DNA of 64,000 nt from Nannocystis bainbridge. GTDB taxonomy: Bacteria > Myxococcota_A > Polyangia > Nannocystales > Nannocystaceae. How positions within the stretch are numbered: position 1 is the stretch's first letter; each line of letters starts with the position of its first letter. Below are positions 27,027 through 38,097 of this stretch, piece by piece. The notes under the pieces are model-generated. The model worked only from the letters and a program-made list of their open reading frames with translations, had not been told where the DNA came from and did not search any database. The stretch is from assembly GCF_028368995.1 (NCBI RefSeq), contig NZ_JAQNDL010000003.1:1664001-1728000 (forward strand). Direction: 5' to 3'. The position numbers and the translations under genes are program-made.

Positions 27027-29270
27027 GTGACGCCCCCGCCCGGAACCGCGCCCGCGCCCGACCCGACCGGCCCTGACGAGGCCGACCGGGCCATGGAGCA
27101 GCTCATGCGCTTCCTGGCGATCCTGCGCCGGCGCTGGCTGGTCGTCGCGATCGTCACGGTGCTGGCCCTCGCCGGCGCCGCGATCGCCATCACCGCCCTG
27201 CAGCCGCGCTGGCGGGCCAGCGCCACCGTCGTGCTCCACCTCGGCGGCCCGCAGGTGCTCGACAAGGTCAAGAACGTCACCGAGGACACCGAATCGCGGC
27301 TCCTCGCTTACAAAGAGTACTACCAGACCCAGCGCGAGATCATCGGCAGCCGCGCCGTCGCCGAGCGGGCCCTCGCCGCTCTCGGCCTCGCGCAAGATCC
27401 GGTGTTCCTCGGCCTCGCCGACATCGGCTCCGAGGCCGAGCGCATGGCCCTGGCCGCCGAGGTCGACCCGATCGAGCGCCTGCGCGGGATGGTGTTCGTC
27501 GAGGAGGTCCGCGGCTCGCGGGTGCTCAAGATCAGCGCCGACTACCCCGACCCGCAGATCGCCGCCGACATCGCCAACGCGCTCGCCGAGGCCTACCTCG
27601 CCCACGTCGACGCCTCGCGCATGCGCACCGGCGACGCCGCCAAGGCCAACATGGAGACCGAGCGCGCCAAGGCCCTCGCCGCGCTCCAGCGGGCCGAGAA
27701 GGCCCTCTCCGACTTCAAGCAGCAGCACGGCATCAGCTCGATCTCCCTCGCCGACCGCCAGAACGTCATCACCGAGGCGATCATCAAGACCACCGCCAAC
27801 CTCAAGGACGCCGAGGCCGAGTCGTTCGCCGCCGGCGCCGTCCACGAAGAGGCCGAGCGCCTGCACAAGGCCGGCAGCATCGCCGGCGCCAGCCTGCTCC
27901 CGCCGCTCGAGCGCCGCGTCTTCGAGGACATGCGCGCCGAGGAGCTCGAGGCCGAACGCGAGGTCGAGCAGCTCAGCGTCAAGTACGGCGACAAGATGCC
28001 CGAGCTGCAGCAGGCCAAGAGGCGCCTGCGCATGATCCAGGGCCGCATCGCCAAGGAAGAGAAGGAGCTGCTCGCGGGCATCAAGGCCCGCGCCAACGCG
28101 GCCCGCAAGACCGAGGTGCGCCTGCACGGCTCGCTCGACGGCGAGAAGGCCAAGGCCCTCGGCCTCACCCTGCTCGAGCGGCAGTACCGCGAGCTCGAGC
28201 GCGAGTCCAAGACCGCCGCCGAGTCCTACGAGCTGGTGTCGAAGCGCGACACCGAGATCGAGATGCTCGGCCGCATGCAGTCGGAGGACATCGAGATCCT
28301 CGACCGCGCCACCCGGGGCCGCAAGCCGGTGTTCCCGCCCAAGGCGCTGCTGGTCGCGGTGGCGCTGGTCAGCGGCCTCACCCTCGGCGCCCTGCTGGCC
28401 CTCGGCGTCGACGTCCGCGACAACCGGATCCGCGGCCTCCTCGACCTCGAGCGCGCCCTCGCCGGCCTCGGCCTGCCGGTGCTCGGTCAGCTGCCGCTCC
28501 TGCCCGCCGACGCCCGCATCGGCGTCAGCAACCTGCGCGCGCAACGGCGCCAGCGCGACCTCCACACCCTGCTGTTCCCGCAGTCGCTGATGGCCGAGCG
28601 CGTCCGCGGCGTGCGGACCTCGCTCGGCTTCGCCGCCGGCAAGGACGGCCTGCGCACCCTCGTCGTCACCTCGCCCAACTCCGGCGAGGGCAAGAGCTCG
28701 ACCGCCGTCAACCTGGCGATGAGCTTCGTCCAGTCCAAGAAGCGCGTGGTGCTCATCGACGCCGACATGCGCCGCCCCCGGCTGCACCAGGTGTTCGAGC
28801 CGCCGATCGGCCGCGAGGTCGACGGCCTCGCGCGCGTGCTCGCGGGCAAGTGCACGCTCGACGAGGCGCTGATCACCGGCGGCGACGTGCCGGAGGGGAT
28901 GTCGCTGCTGCTGTGCGGGGAGATCCCGCAAAACCCGTCGGAGCTGCTGGAGAGCCCGCAGACGCGCAAGCTGCTGGCGGAGCTCGGCGAGCGCTTCGAC
29001 CTGGTGGTGCTCGACACGCCGCCGGTGCTGCCGGTCAGCGACCCGCTGATCCTCGCGCGCATGGCCGACGGGGTGGTGGTGGTGGCCCGCTGCCAGGCGA
29101 CCACCCGCGCCGGCCTGCAGCGCGCCCTCGCCACCCTGCGCCGCAGCGAGGCCAACCTGCTCGGCGTGGTCCTCAACGAGGTCGACGCCCGCCGCGAAGA
29201 GGCCGGCTACGGCGCGGGCTATTACTCGTACCACGCCGACCCCAAAGCCGCCGCGCAGGGCTCGGCGTAG
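27027..29270 (+). CDS. wzc: Wzc-like polysaccharide co-polymerase / tyrosine autokinase
   Basis: Two TMs flanking a coiled-coil region; Walker A TSPNSGEGKS, LIDADMRRP, VLDTPP; C-terminal Tyr cluster GYGAGYYSY. Start could be ATG 27093. Confidence 0.9.
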   Translation: MTPPPGTAPAPDPTGPDEADRAMEQLMRFLAILRRRWLVVAIVTVLALAGAAIAITALQPRWRASATVVLHLGGPQVLDKVKNVTEDTESRLLAYKEYYQTQREIIGSRAVAERALAALGLAQDPVFLGLADIGSEAERMALAAEVDPIERLRGMVFVEEVRGSRVLKISADYPDPQIAADIANALAEAYLAHVDASRMRTGDAAKANMETERAKALAALQRAEKALSDFKQQHGISSISLADRQNVITEAIIKTTANLKDAEAESFAAGAVHEEAERLHKAGSIAGASLLPPLERRVFEDMRAEELEAEREVEQLSVKYGDKMPELQQAKRRLRMIQGRIAKEEKELLAGIKARANAARKTEVRLHGSLDGEKAKALGLTLLERQYRELERESKTAAESYELVSKRDTEIEMLGRMQSEDIEILDRATRGRKPVFPPKALLVAVALVSGLTLGALLALGVDVRDNRIRGLLDLERALAGLGLPVLGQLPLLPADARIGVSNLRAQRRQRDLHTLLFPQSLMAERVRGVRTSLGFAAGKDGLRTLVVTSPNSGEGKSSTAVNLAMSFVQSKKRVVLIDADMRRPRLHQVFEPPIGREVDGLARVLAGKCTLDEALITGGDVPEGMSLLLCGEIPQNPSELLESPQTRKLLAELGERFDLVVLDTPPVLPVSDPLILARMADGVVVVARCQATTRAGLQRALATLRRSEANLLGVVLNEVDARREEAGYGAGYYSYHADPKAAAQGSA

Positions 29271-29271
29271 G

Positions 29272-29305
29272 GATGTCTCTTGGGACATGTCTCATTCGAC
29301 ATGTC
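29272..29305. repeat. 14-bp-period palindromic array between convergent genes
   Basis: GATG 29272, CATG 29286, CATG 29300. Confidence 0.85.
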
Positions 29306-29324
29306 CCAAGGGTAACCTAAAATA

Positions 29325-29993
29325 TCACGGGTCCGGCGGCAGCGCCCGGGTGTCGATCACCACGCGCTGCGGGTCGCGCGGGTCGTAGCAGACCGGCAGC
29401 GTCGGACCCTGGAGGTGCGGCCGCGGGTCGTACCAGAACAGCTGGCTCTTCACGAGCCGCAGCCGCCGGTCGCCGGGCAGCACGAACTGGCACAGGATGA
29501 CCCACGGGTGGTGCTCGAGCTCGTCGTCCGAGCGGTCCTGCTCGACCGAGACGATCGTCCCCTCGACCCGCGCCCCGTCGCGCACGATCGCCGCCATCAC
29601 CCGCTCGTGCCGGCGCGCCACCAACAACCAGATCAGCGCCGAGAACACCAGCTGGCCACCGGCGCCGGCGAAGATCAGCGGCAACAGCCAGCGCGCGCCC
29701 CAGGTGTCGATCTCGGCCCACGCGTCGTCGGCCAGGTCGTAGACGATCGGGACCTCCTCCCCGATCGCGTACGGCGTCTGCGTGGCGATGCCGGCGTGGA
29801 ACACCCGCGACTCGCCGCCCTGGGTGACGTAGGCGATGTCCGGCGCGAACAGCTCGTCGACCGGGCGCAGCGACACCACCCGGCCCTCGGCCAGCTGCGT
29901 GGCCGCGAGCGCGCGCGCGCCGACGATCGCGAGGACCAGGCCGACGACGATGAGCACGACCCCGAACAAGCCGACGACCGTCGAACCGCGCAC
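29325..29993 (-). CDS. DUF3592-type membrane protein
   Basis: TM - AEGRVV...YAIGEEVPIVYD - TM - VEGTIV...LPVCYDPRDP. Confidence 0.75.
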   Translation of the reverse strand: MRGSTVVGLFGVVLIVVGLVLAIVGARALAATQLAEGRVVSLRPVDELFAPDIAYVTQGGESRVFHAGIATQTPYAIGEEVPIVYDLADDAWAEIDTWGARWLLPLIFAGAGGQLVFSALIWLLVARRHERVMAAIVRDGARVEGTIVSVEQDRSDDELEHHPWVILCQFVLPGDRRLRLVKSQLFWYDPRPHLQGPTLPVCYDPRDPQRVVIDTRALPPDP

Positions 29994-30297
29994 CTTCCCA
30001 GAGTGACCGCACGAACGGCGGTGCACAAGCCGACTCGATTGTACTTCGCCGCGGCCGCGCGCGAGCGAGCGACACCACGAGCGCGCCGCGGTCCCCATCG
30101 CCGGGCCGACCAGCCCCGCCCGAAGTCACGCGATGCTCTGCACCGGCCTCGGCGCGAGATGCACCTTGGGACAGGTCGATTCACCCGCGAACACGCGATC
30201 GCGTCGGGGACATATCAGCGCGCGAGGCGGCATCACCCCGATCTGGCGCGCCCGCGCCCGCGCGTCCTCGTCGAGGTCCCCGTGTTACGGTCCGGCC

Positions 30298-31335
30298 ATG
30301 ATCCAACGTTCGCAGGTGTGGTCCTTGTCGGCGATGCTGCTCGTGGCCTGTGGCGACTCCGGCTCCGTCAGCACGGAGAGCACGTCGGCCGGGCCGACCA
30401 CCGACACCGAGGCCGCCACCGATCCGGGCACCTCCACCGACGCCACCAGCTCCGGCACCCCGACCGAGGGCAGCTCCACCGTCGATCCCACCGTCGACCC
30501 CACCGGTGCGACCACCCCCGGCACCACCGAGGGGCCGGGCACCACCGAAGGACCGGGCACCACTGACGGGCCAGGCACCACCACCGAGGCGACCACCGAC
30601 GGCACCACCGGCGGCGCCGACGTCCAGTTGCCGCCGCCCGACGCCGAGTTCGACTACCAGCTCGGCGAGGCCTACGACCCGCCGGGCGAGGTCAAGATCG
30701 TCTCGCGCGACCGCAACGCCGCGCCCGCGCCCGGCATCTACAACATCTGTTACGTCAACGGCTTCCAGGTCCAGCCCGACGAGGAGGACTTCTGGCTCGA
30801 CGATCACCCTGACCTGATCCTGCGCGACGGCATGGGCGATCCGGTGATCGACATCGATTGGCAGGAGATGCTGCTCGACACCAGCACCCCGGAGAAGCGG
30901 GCCGCGCTGGCCGAGATCGTCGGCGGATGGATCTCCGGCTGCGCCGCCGACGGCTACGACGCGATCGAGATCGACAACCTCGACTCTTACTCGCGCTCGC
31001 AGGACCTGCTGACCCAGGACCAGGCCGTCGAATTCATGGCCCTGCTGTCCGCCGTGGCCCACGCCGAGGGCGTGGCGATCGCCCAGAAGAACTCGACCGA
31101 GCTGCTCGATCGCAGGGGCGAGATGGGCACCGACTTCGCGGTCGCCGAGGAGTGCAACACCTACGAAGAGTGCGGCGATTACATCGACGCCTACGGCGAC
31201 GCCGTGCTGATGATCGAGTACGTCGAGAAGGACTTCGCCGACGGCTGCGCCAATTATCCGCAGATGTCGCTCGTCCTGCGCGACCTCGACCTCGTCGGGC
31301 CGGACGACAACGGCTACGTGCGCGACGCCTGCTAG
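30298..31335 (+). CDS. GH114 endo-alpha-1,4-polygalactosaminidase-like lipoprotein
   Basis: Lipobox LVAC, Thr linker, FDYQLG, ICYVNGFQ, GYDAIEIDNLD, AQKN, FAVAEEC, IEY. Confidence 0.88.
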   Translation: MIQRSQVWSLSAMLLVACGDSGSVSTESTSAGPTTDTEAATDPGTSTDATSSGTPTEGSSTVDPTVDPTGATTPGTTEGPGTTEGPGTTDGPGTTTEATTDGTTGGADVQLPPPDAEFDYQLGEAYDPPGEVKIVSRDRNAAPAPGIYNICYVNGFQVQPDEEDFWLDDHPDLILRDGMGDPVIDIDWQEMLLDTSTPEKRAALAEIVGGWISGCAADGYDAIEIDNLDSYSRSQDLLTQDQAVEFMALLSAVAHAEGVAIAQKNSTELLDRRGEMGTDFAVAEECNTYEECGDYIDAYGDAVLMIEYVEKDFADGCANYPQMSLVLRDLDLVGPDDNGYVRDAC

Positions 31336-31336
31336 C

Positions 31337-34300
31337 TCAGCGCTCGCACAGCCGCTCGGCGAGCTGCCGCTCGAACAGCGATTCCGGCACCAGCCCCGGC
31401 TGACCGGCGCCCTCGATGTAGCCGGCGGGCTGGTCGAACGGCGCCGGCGGCTTGTCGCCGGAGAACGTGCCGCTGCCGCCGATCGCGTAGTTCTGGGCGG
31501 TCGGCGGCTGCTGGATGACGGCGACGCCGTCGCCGGTGGCGTAGTTCCAGGCCACCGAGTGGGCCAACGACCAGCCGTGGCCGGTGCCGTAGTCGCCGCG
31601 GTTGTAAAGGCCGAGCACCACCAGCTTGTCCTTGGCCGGCTCGGCGTCGACGACGTTGTCGTAGAGCAGCCCCATGCTCCACCGCCGGTGGCCCTCGCTC
31701 GACGCGTTGGCGCCGGTGGAGGTCGAGCGATGGAACACCACCCCCGAGGTGTACGACGTCCCGTTCGACACGAAGTGATGGCGGCCCCGGGTCGCGTGGC
31801 AGTCGGTGAACAGCACCTGCTGCCCGCCGCTGGCGTCGAAGTTGTACATGCGCTCGCCCGTGATCTGGGCCACCGGGTCGAGCGCGCGCGCGTGGGCCAC
31901 GGTGACCTGCACACCGGTCTGCACCGTGACCGCGGCGAAGCCGAAGTGCAGCGCGGTGAACCGGCGCACCCACGCGTCCTCGACCCCACGCATGGCGATC
32001 GCCGTCCACGCGTGGTCCTCGTCGTCGCCGCCGAGCGTGTCGATGTCGATCCGCAGGTCCTCGACCCCGACCTCGGTCACCAGCCCCGCGCGGTCGGCCC
32101 TGTACACGTACGCCTGCGACAGCGCGCGATCGAGGTGGTTGAACACCGGCGCGTCGACCGTCAACGCCGGCCCGTCGATCGCCATGACCTGCCGCTTGAA
32201 CACCAGCGGCTGCGAATCGACAGTCCACGGCCCGTCGGCCCCGGTGCCGCCGTGGTCGACCGCGGCCAGCCACGCCTCGGTGCACGGGTGCACGATCACC
32301 ACGTGATCGCCGACCGCGTAGAGCGACGGGTCGGCGACCTCGAAGGTCCGCGCCCCGACCGGCACCCGCGCGCTGACGATGTCGCTGCGGCTGTTCGGAA
32401 GCTCGGGCTGCCAGCGATCGTTGTCCCCGCTGCCGACCACCAGCACCGGGCGCTGGTGCGGCTCGTCGCCGATCGCCCGCAAGATCGTGCTGGTCGCCGG
32501 ATCGTCGCCGTCGCCCGCGCCGCGCAGCACCACCCCGCTGTGCCGCAGTCGCACGGTGCCGTGGATCTCGTACTCGCCGGGTCCCAGCAGCACCGCGCCG
32601 CGCAGGCCGTCGACCCCGGCCGGCATCGCCCCGAGCTCGTCGATCGCCTGCTGCAGATGCTCGGTGTTGTCGCCGGCGACCGGGCCGATGCCGAGCACCG
32701 TCGGCACGTCGGGGATCGGCGCTTCGCTGCGGTGATAGCCGGCGTAGCTGAAGTCGGCGATCCGGTTGTCCTGCTCGTCGGCGACGTAGGTCAGCGCGTC
32801 GTCCTCGACCGGCACGATCTGCGAGGTCCAGCTGCCCGGCGGCTGCGCGAGCGGCGGAGGACACTGCGCGGCGCCGGTGGTGCTGTCGTCGCCGGTGCTG
32901 CTGTCCGTCGCCGCGCCGCCGAGGTCGGGCGCGGGCGCTCCGGTCGACGTGCCAGTGATCGTGACGACGCCATCGGTCGGGTCGGTGCCGGTGGTCGGCG
33001 CGCCGCCGGTGCCCGTCGTCCCGGTGGTCGTCGTCGTCGTCTCGCCGCCGCTGGTGCCGGTGGTCGCGCCGCCGCCCGCAGGACAGGCGGTGACCGCCGT
33101 GAGGAGGATGCCGCCCAACACAGCGCCGCGGACCGGGATCGTCATTGGTAGATCCTACCCTTCCTCTGCTTGAGCCGGAGGAAGGGCAGGACCCCCGTTC
33201 AAACCGTGCATGCGGATTTCCCGCACACGGCTTACCGGTGGTCTCTCGAGCCGCCGCATTACGCGGCCTCCGGGTACTGCACGGTCCCCCGTAGACGGTG
33301 GAGACCGTGGTTGTGGAAGAAGTCGCGCGTCCAGCTCTCGACCTCACCTGCGCGGAGGTGCCGGCCCTTGCGCCTCATCATGAAGCGACGAAGGCGAGAC
33401 CACACGTAGGTGTCGATCCGGTTGAATTTCACGGCGGCGTTCCCGGTGCGGAAGTAGTTACCCCAGCCACGCAGCACCGGGTTGATGTCACGGATGATCA
33501 CCCGCACATCTTTGGCCCCGTTGCGGTTCGAGCCGGTCAGCTCCTTCACGCGCTGCCGCGCCCGCGTCATGCTACGCGTCGAGGGCCAGCGCTGGAGGAA
33601 GTACACCCTGCGATGTTCCTTCTCCCAGATCGGCCCGGACATGCGCTTGCGCAGGTGGCAGCCGAGGAAGTCGAAGCCTTGCCGTCCCCAGCTCAGCTCG
33701 ACTCGCCTCGTCTTCTCGGGATGCAGTTCCAGCTTGAGACGCCGCAGGATCTCGCGGACCCTGACCTCGGCCTCCTCGCACGCCTTCCTGGTCCCGCACA
33801 GGATCACGAAGTCGTCGCAGTAGCGCACGAGCTCGCCCAGATGGGCGTGCCGTCGCTGCCACAGCTTGTCGAGGACGCCGAGGTAGATGTTCGACAGCAG
33901 CGGTGAGATCACGCCGCCCTGGGGTGTCCCCGAGAGCATCGCCGTCACCTGGCCGTCTTCCATCACGCCGGCTTCGAGCCATTGCCGCACCAGCTTGAGG
34001 ACCCTTCGATCCGAGATCCGCATCTCGACGAGCTTCATCAGTCGCTCGTGATCGATGCTGCCGAAGTAGTCGCGGATGTCGGCGTCGAGCACATGGTTCC
34101 CACCTCGAGCTCCCAGCACGCGCAGTCGCTCGAGCGCCTGCGTCGCGCTGCGCTTCGGCCGGAAGCCGTACGAGCACGGAAGGAAATCCGCCTCGAAGAT
34201 CGGCTCCAGCACCAGCTTCGCCGCCATCTGCACCACTCGGTCCCGGACTGTCGGGATCCCCAGCGGCCGCTTCTTCCCGTCCGCCTTCGGGATGTACCGC

Positions 34301-35168
34301 CGCATGACCGCGCTCGGTCGGTATGTCCCGCCCTTGAGTTCGTCGGCGATCTCTTCGAGGAAGCGATCGACGCCGTACTGCTCCACCTCGGCCAGCGTTT
34401 GTCTGTCGACGCCCGCTGCCCCCCTGTTCTTCTTGACCCGCCTCCATGCTTCCTTCAGGACGTCACGCCTGAAGATGCGGTCGTACAGCGCATGGAAGCG
34501 TCGACCCGGTTGCCGCTTGGCTGCGGCCCACAGTCGGCGTCGAAGTTCTCGCACTTTGTCACGCGGCCTGCGCCGCGTGGGGTGGTTGGGACCTGTCCTG
34601 CAGGCCATGCCCTCGCGCTTACCTTCTTCTCCGACACGACCACCCCAGGGGTCCTTCCCTCCGACGGCGTTGTTCTGCGCCGCCATCGCCGGTACTACGA
34701 CCCCCTCGGACTCCCGCTGCACAGCGCTCGACTTCGCCTTCGGCTTATACGAGTCGCATCGCCCCGACACGGGCCGTGCAGACGGGCCTCTCCTGTTCCG
34801 CATCGCTCCTTGAACGCGTGCTGCGCCCCATACCCCGGGAGGACCCATCGCGCTTTCTGCTCCGGATGACTGCGCGGTGGGCGTGGCCTTCGCCGTGAGA
34901 TGAGCGGCTCGGCTCCCCCATTGTTCATCTGTCGAGGCTGCAGGCTTCACTTGATGTTGCGGCCCGCGTTCTTGCTCCCTCCGCAGAGGCTCTTGACGCC
35001 CCGCTCGGGCCGCGAGAATCTCTCCTCGCGCCTGGGGCCTGCTACCGGGCGCTCCGGCGCCTACCCGGGCGGGACTTTCACCCGCTGGAACGGTGCAGCA
35101 TGACGCGGCCGAGCCGCCCCCTCCGGGGCCGAGCTCGTCCGCGTCGTCAGGACGCACCATCGAGCCAC
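31337..35168 (-). CDS. Right-handed beta-helix (pectate lyase-like) lipoprotein interrupted by group II intron (exon 1 35168-35158, exon 2 33143-31337)
   Basis: Exon join gives [24 protein letters not shown]; then [43 protein letters not shown]. Confidence 0.8.
33144..35157 (-). mobile_element. Group II intron (IIB-like, En-less IEP)
   Basis: 5' GTGCG at 35157; domain V AAGCCGTGTGCGGGAAATCCGCATGCACGGTTTG; domain VI hairpin ending TCTACCAAT; candidate EBS1 CATCAA (34956-34951) pairs 5/6 with exon end TCGATG. Confidence 0.92.
33259..34608 (-). CDS. ltrA: Group II intron reverse transcriptase/maturase
   Basis: [43 protein letters not shown], domain [12 protein letters not shown]; no HNH tail. 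Confidence 0.95.
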   Translation of the reverse strand: MACRTGPNHPTRRRPRDKVRELRRRLWAAAKRQPGRRFHALYDRIFRRDVLKEAWRRVKKNRGAAGVDRQTLAEVEQYGVDRFLEEIADELKGGTYRPSAVMRRYIPKADGKKRPLGIPTVRDRVVQMAAKLVLEPIFEADFLPCSYGFRPKRSATQALERLRVLGARGGNHVLDADIRDYFGSIDHERLMKLVEMRISDRRVLKLVRQWLEAGVMEDGQVTAMLSGTPQGGVISPLLSNIYLGVLDKLWQRRHAHLGELVRYCDDFVILCGTRKACEEAEVRVREILRRLKLELHPEKTRRVELSWGRQGFDFLGCHLRKRMSGPIWEKEHRRVYFLQRWPSTRSMTRARQRVKELTGSNRNGAKDVRVIIRDINPVLRGWGNYFRTGNAAVKFNRIDTYVWSRLRRFMMRRKGRHLRAGEVESWTRDFFHNHGLHRLRGTVQYPEAA

Positions 35169-35278
35169 GCTATCAACCGCCCCGGCGCCGAACAAGGCGC
35201 GCGCCTGCTCGCTGGCTGGGGGCGCGGGTCCGCCGAGGTCGTCACGCGCATGCCGAGGACGCACACCTCGCGCGCAAT

Positions 35279-35340
35279 CACATGTCCGATCGACCATGCT
35301 CGACACGACATGTCCTCATGGACATGTCCTAAACGACATA
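35279..35340. repeat. 14-bp-period palindromic array
   Basis: CATG 35281, 35295, 35309, 35323, CATA 35337. Confidence 0.9.
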
Positions 35341-35672
35341 AAATGCGCGAAGCCGATCCTGCACCCGGGTCGAGGTTCGGGACCGCCCGCGCGTTGGCTC
35401 CCGGTGGGACCGCCGCACCGTCCGGCCGCGCGCGAGCGGGGTCCTCGCGGATGAAATGGCGGGCAGGGGTGTGGGGTAGATCTCCGCGGCGCCAGCCCTG
35501 GGCGCCGTTCGGCGGGGTCGTTCGTTCGCCCGACAGGAGCAGGTCCGACGCAGCCCGGCAGGCCGGGTCGGGCTCGGGCTAGTATCCTTGTCACGTGCGC
35601 CGGACCGCCGCCGACCCGACCTGACGCGCGCTCCTGCGACCTCCCACCGCGCCCCCCTCGCGGCCCTCGACG

Positions 35673-38060
35673 ATGTCCCCTCCCAAGATCCCCTCCGTGG
35701 TGGTTCGCGGCCTCGAGCCCGAGGCCGCGGTCAGCTCGATCGCGCGCGACCGGCCGTCCCAGCCGCCGTGGTCGCGGATCTTGCTCGGCCTCGCGGTCGC
35801 GGGGCCGGCGCTGTGGCTCGGTGGGGTGCCGTCGATCGTGGTCCCGGGCTTCTGCGCGCTGGTGCTGGCGCTGTGGATCCGCCTGTGCACGCGCAGCGAG
35901 CAGCCGCTGCGCGTGCCGTCGGGCGCCTTCATCGGCCTGTTCGCCGCCGGGCTGACGCTGCTGCAGTGGATGCCGCTGCCGCTGTTCCTGCGCGAGCTGG
36001 TGGCCCCGGGCCTGACCGCGCGGGTCGGCGCGGCGCTGGCCGACAGCGGCGCGAGCCCGTGGCCGGGGCTGTCACCTGTCCCCGGGGACAGCGCGCTGGA
36101 GGCCGCGCGCCTGCTCGCGCTCACCGGCCTGTTCGTCGGCGCGGCCCAGCTGTCGTGGCGCGTCAGCGCCGGCCTGGTCGCGCTGGCCGGCTCGCTGGTG
36201 GCGCTGATCGGCCTGGCGCAGGCGGCGTTCGGCCTCGAGGCGATCTACGGGCTTTATCAGCCGCTGCAGGTCGACCCGACGGTCACGCCGGCGCTGCTGA
36301 CGACCTTCGTCAACGCCAACCACCAGGCCGGCCTGTTCCTGCTCGGGATCTTCAGCGCCGGCGCGCTGGCGGTGCACATGCGGCTGCAGGGCCGCACGGC
36401 CACCGACCCGGCGCTGGTCAGCCGCCTGCGCGAGCGCCGATTGGCGGCTCTGGCGGCCCTGGCGATCCAGGGCGCGGCGCTGCTGCTGTCGCTGTCGCGG
36501 GCGGCGATCGTCGCCCTGGCGATCGTCGCTCCGGTGGCGCTCATGCTCGCCTGGCGCAACGGACCTGTCCCTGTGGGCAGGTCGCGCGCGCGCGAGCCGG
36601 AGGGCCGGCTGTGGCTGCAGCGCGGCGCCCTGGCGCTCGGGCTCGGACTGCTCGCGGTGGTGGTCGCGCGCCAGGGCGCGTGGGCCGAGCTGTCGACGCT
36701 GTGGCGCGTCAACGAGGCCGAGACCAAATTTCGCATCGCCTCCGACGCGGTGGCGCTGATCGATCTGTCGCCGGTGCTCGGCGTGGGTCGCGGCGCCTTC
36801 CTCGACCTGTTCCCCGCGGTCGACTCGCGCCCGCTCGGCGTGGTCCACACCCACCTCGAGTCGGCCCCGGCGGCGATGCTCGTCGAGTGGGGCCCGGTCG
36901 GCGGCGGCCTGGTCGCGCTCGGCCTCATCTGGTGGTGGATCGCCGCCGTCTACACCACCGGCAGCGGCCGCCACGTCAGCGCCCGCCGGGTCGCCCTGTG
37001 CGGCCCGCTGGCCCTGGCGATCCACAACCTCGCCGACTTCAACCTCGAGTTCCTCGGCGTCGCCGCGCCGCTGTGCGCCCTCGCTGGCGCGCTGTCCGAG
37101 CGCCGCGGCTTCTTCCGCGCCCCGGCCCGCCCGGCCATCCTCGTCGGCGGCCTCAGCCTCGCCGGCGCGGCCGCGCTGGCGCTGTGGGCCCAGCCGTACA
37201 CCTGGCAGAACCGCACCGCCGGCGACGGGGCGATCGGCGCCGGCGACATGTCCCCCGAGGCAGCCCAGCGGATGCGCCCGCTCGACGCCTCGCTGCACAT
37301 CCTGCTGGCCCAGCGCGCGCTCGAGATCGAGGACTGGGCGCAGGCGCGGGCGCAGGCGACGGTGGCGAGCGAGCTGCAGCCGGCCAACTCCGACGCGTGG
37401 CTGCGGCGGGCCCACGCGGCGCGCGAGCTGGGCGACGCGTCCGAGTCGGCGAGCTCGCTGGCGCGGACGCTGGCGACGATGCGCCACCCGCCCGACCTCG
37501 AGCTGACGCGCTACCTGCTGGGCCGCTACCCCAACGCCGAGGAGCTGGCGCCGTTGATGCCGCAGGAGCTGGCGCCGTGGACCGCGGTGATGGAGTCGCT
37601 GATCGCCGAGGCGCCGGCCTACGCGGCGATCCTCGCCGCGGCACGCAGCCAGGTCGACGGCCGCGAGCCGCCGGTGTTGCACATGCAGGTCCGCCTGGCC
37701 CTCGCGCTCGACAACCCGTCACTCGCGCTGCACTACGCCCGCCTGCTCCGCATGCTCGCGCCGCACGAGGTCCACAGCCACCTGCTGCTGGCCCGCGCGC
37801 TCGAGAGCCAGCGGGTCCCGCGCGAGCGCGAGCTGCAGCACGACCTCGAGGAGGCGCTCGCCCAGGGCCTCGTCGCCGAGCCGGCCCACATCGCCCTGGT
37901 CGAGGAGAAGCTGCTCGGCTCGTACCTGCGCGACGGCCAGCCCGACGCCCTCGCCCGCGCCCGCGACCTGCTGCCGCGCCTGCTGGCCCGACCTGGCGAC
38001 CGCGCCGCGCTGCAGCGCCGCCACGCGCTCGAGCGGGCCCTGGCCCAAGCTGTCCGCTAG
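35673..38060 (+). CDS. O-antigen ligase/Wzy-like membrane protein with TPR-like C-terminus
   Basis: About 12 TMs; TFVNANH, LSLSRAA, LGVGRGAF, HLES, IHNLADFNL motifs. Confidence 0.8.
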   Translation: MSPPKIPSVVVRGLEPEAAVSSIARDRPSQPPWSRILLGLAVAGPALWLGGVPSIVVPGFCALVLALWIRLCTRSEQPLRVPSGAFIGLFAAGLTLLQWMPLPLFLRELVAPGLTARVGAALADSGASPWPGLSPVPGDSALEAARLLALTGLFVGAAQLSWRVSAGLVALAGSLVALIGLAQAAFGLEAIYGLYQPLQVDPTVTPALLTTFVNANHQAGLFLLGIFSAGALAVHMRLQGRTATDPALVSRLRERRLAALAALAIQGAALLLSLSRAAIVALAIVAPVALMLAWRNGPVPVGRSRAREPEGRLWLQRGALALGLGLLAVVVARQGAWAELSTLWRVNEAETKFRIASDAVALIDLSPVLGVGRGAFLDLFPAVDSRPLGVVHTHLESAPAAMLVEWGPVGGGLVALGLIWWWIAAVYTTGSGRHVSARRVALCGPLALAIHNLADFNLEFLGVAAPLCALAGALSERRGFFRAPARPAILVGGLSLAGAAALALWAQPYTWQNRTAGDGAIGAGDMSPEAAQRMRPLDASLHILLAQRALEIEDWAQARAQATVASELQPANSDAWLRRAHAARELGDASESASSLARTLATMRHPPDLELTRYLLGRYPNAEELAPLMPQELAPWTAVMESLIAEAPAYAAILAAARSQVDGREPPVLHMQVRLALALDNPSLALHYARLLRMLAPHEVHSHLLLARALESQRVPRERELQHDLEEALAQGLVAEPAHIALVEEKLLGSYLRDGQPDALARARDLLPRLLARPGDRAALQRRHALERALAQAVR

Positions 38061-38097
38061 GACAGGTCGACCGCGAGGCCGATCATTGACGCAATGA

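Noticed and set aside
31332-33347. 671-aa alternative-frame ORF that exon ATG 35160 would join after splicing
   Set aside because: Arg-rich shadow-frame composition; the frame starting at GTG 35168 gives a recognisable lipoprotein.
33259-35160. RT as retron, DGR or defence RT; 633-aa ORF as the real protein
   Set aside because: GTGCG start, domains V/VI and domain X identify a group II intron. The N-terminal extension is read-through of intron RNA domains.
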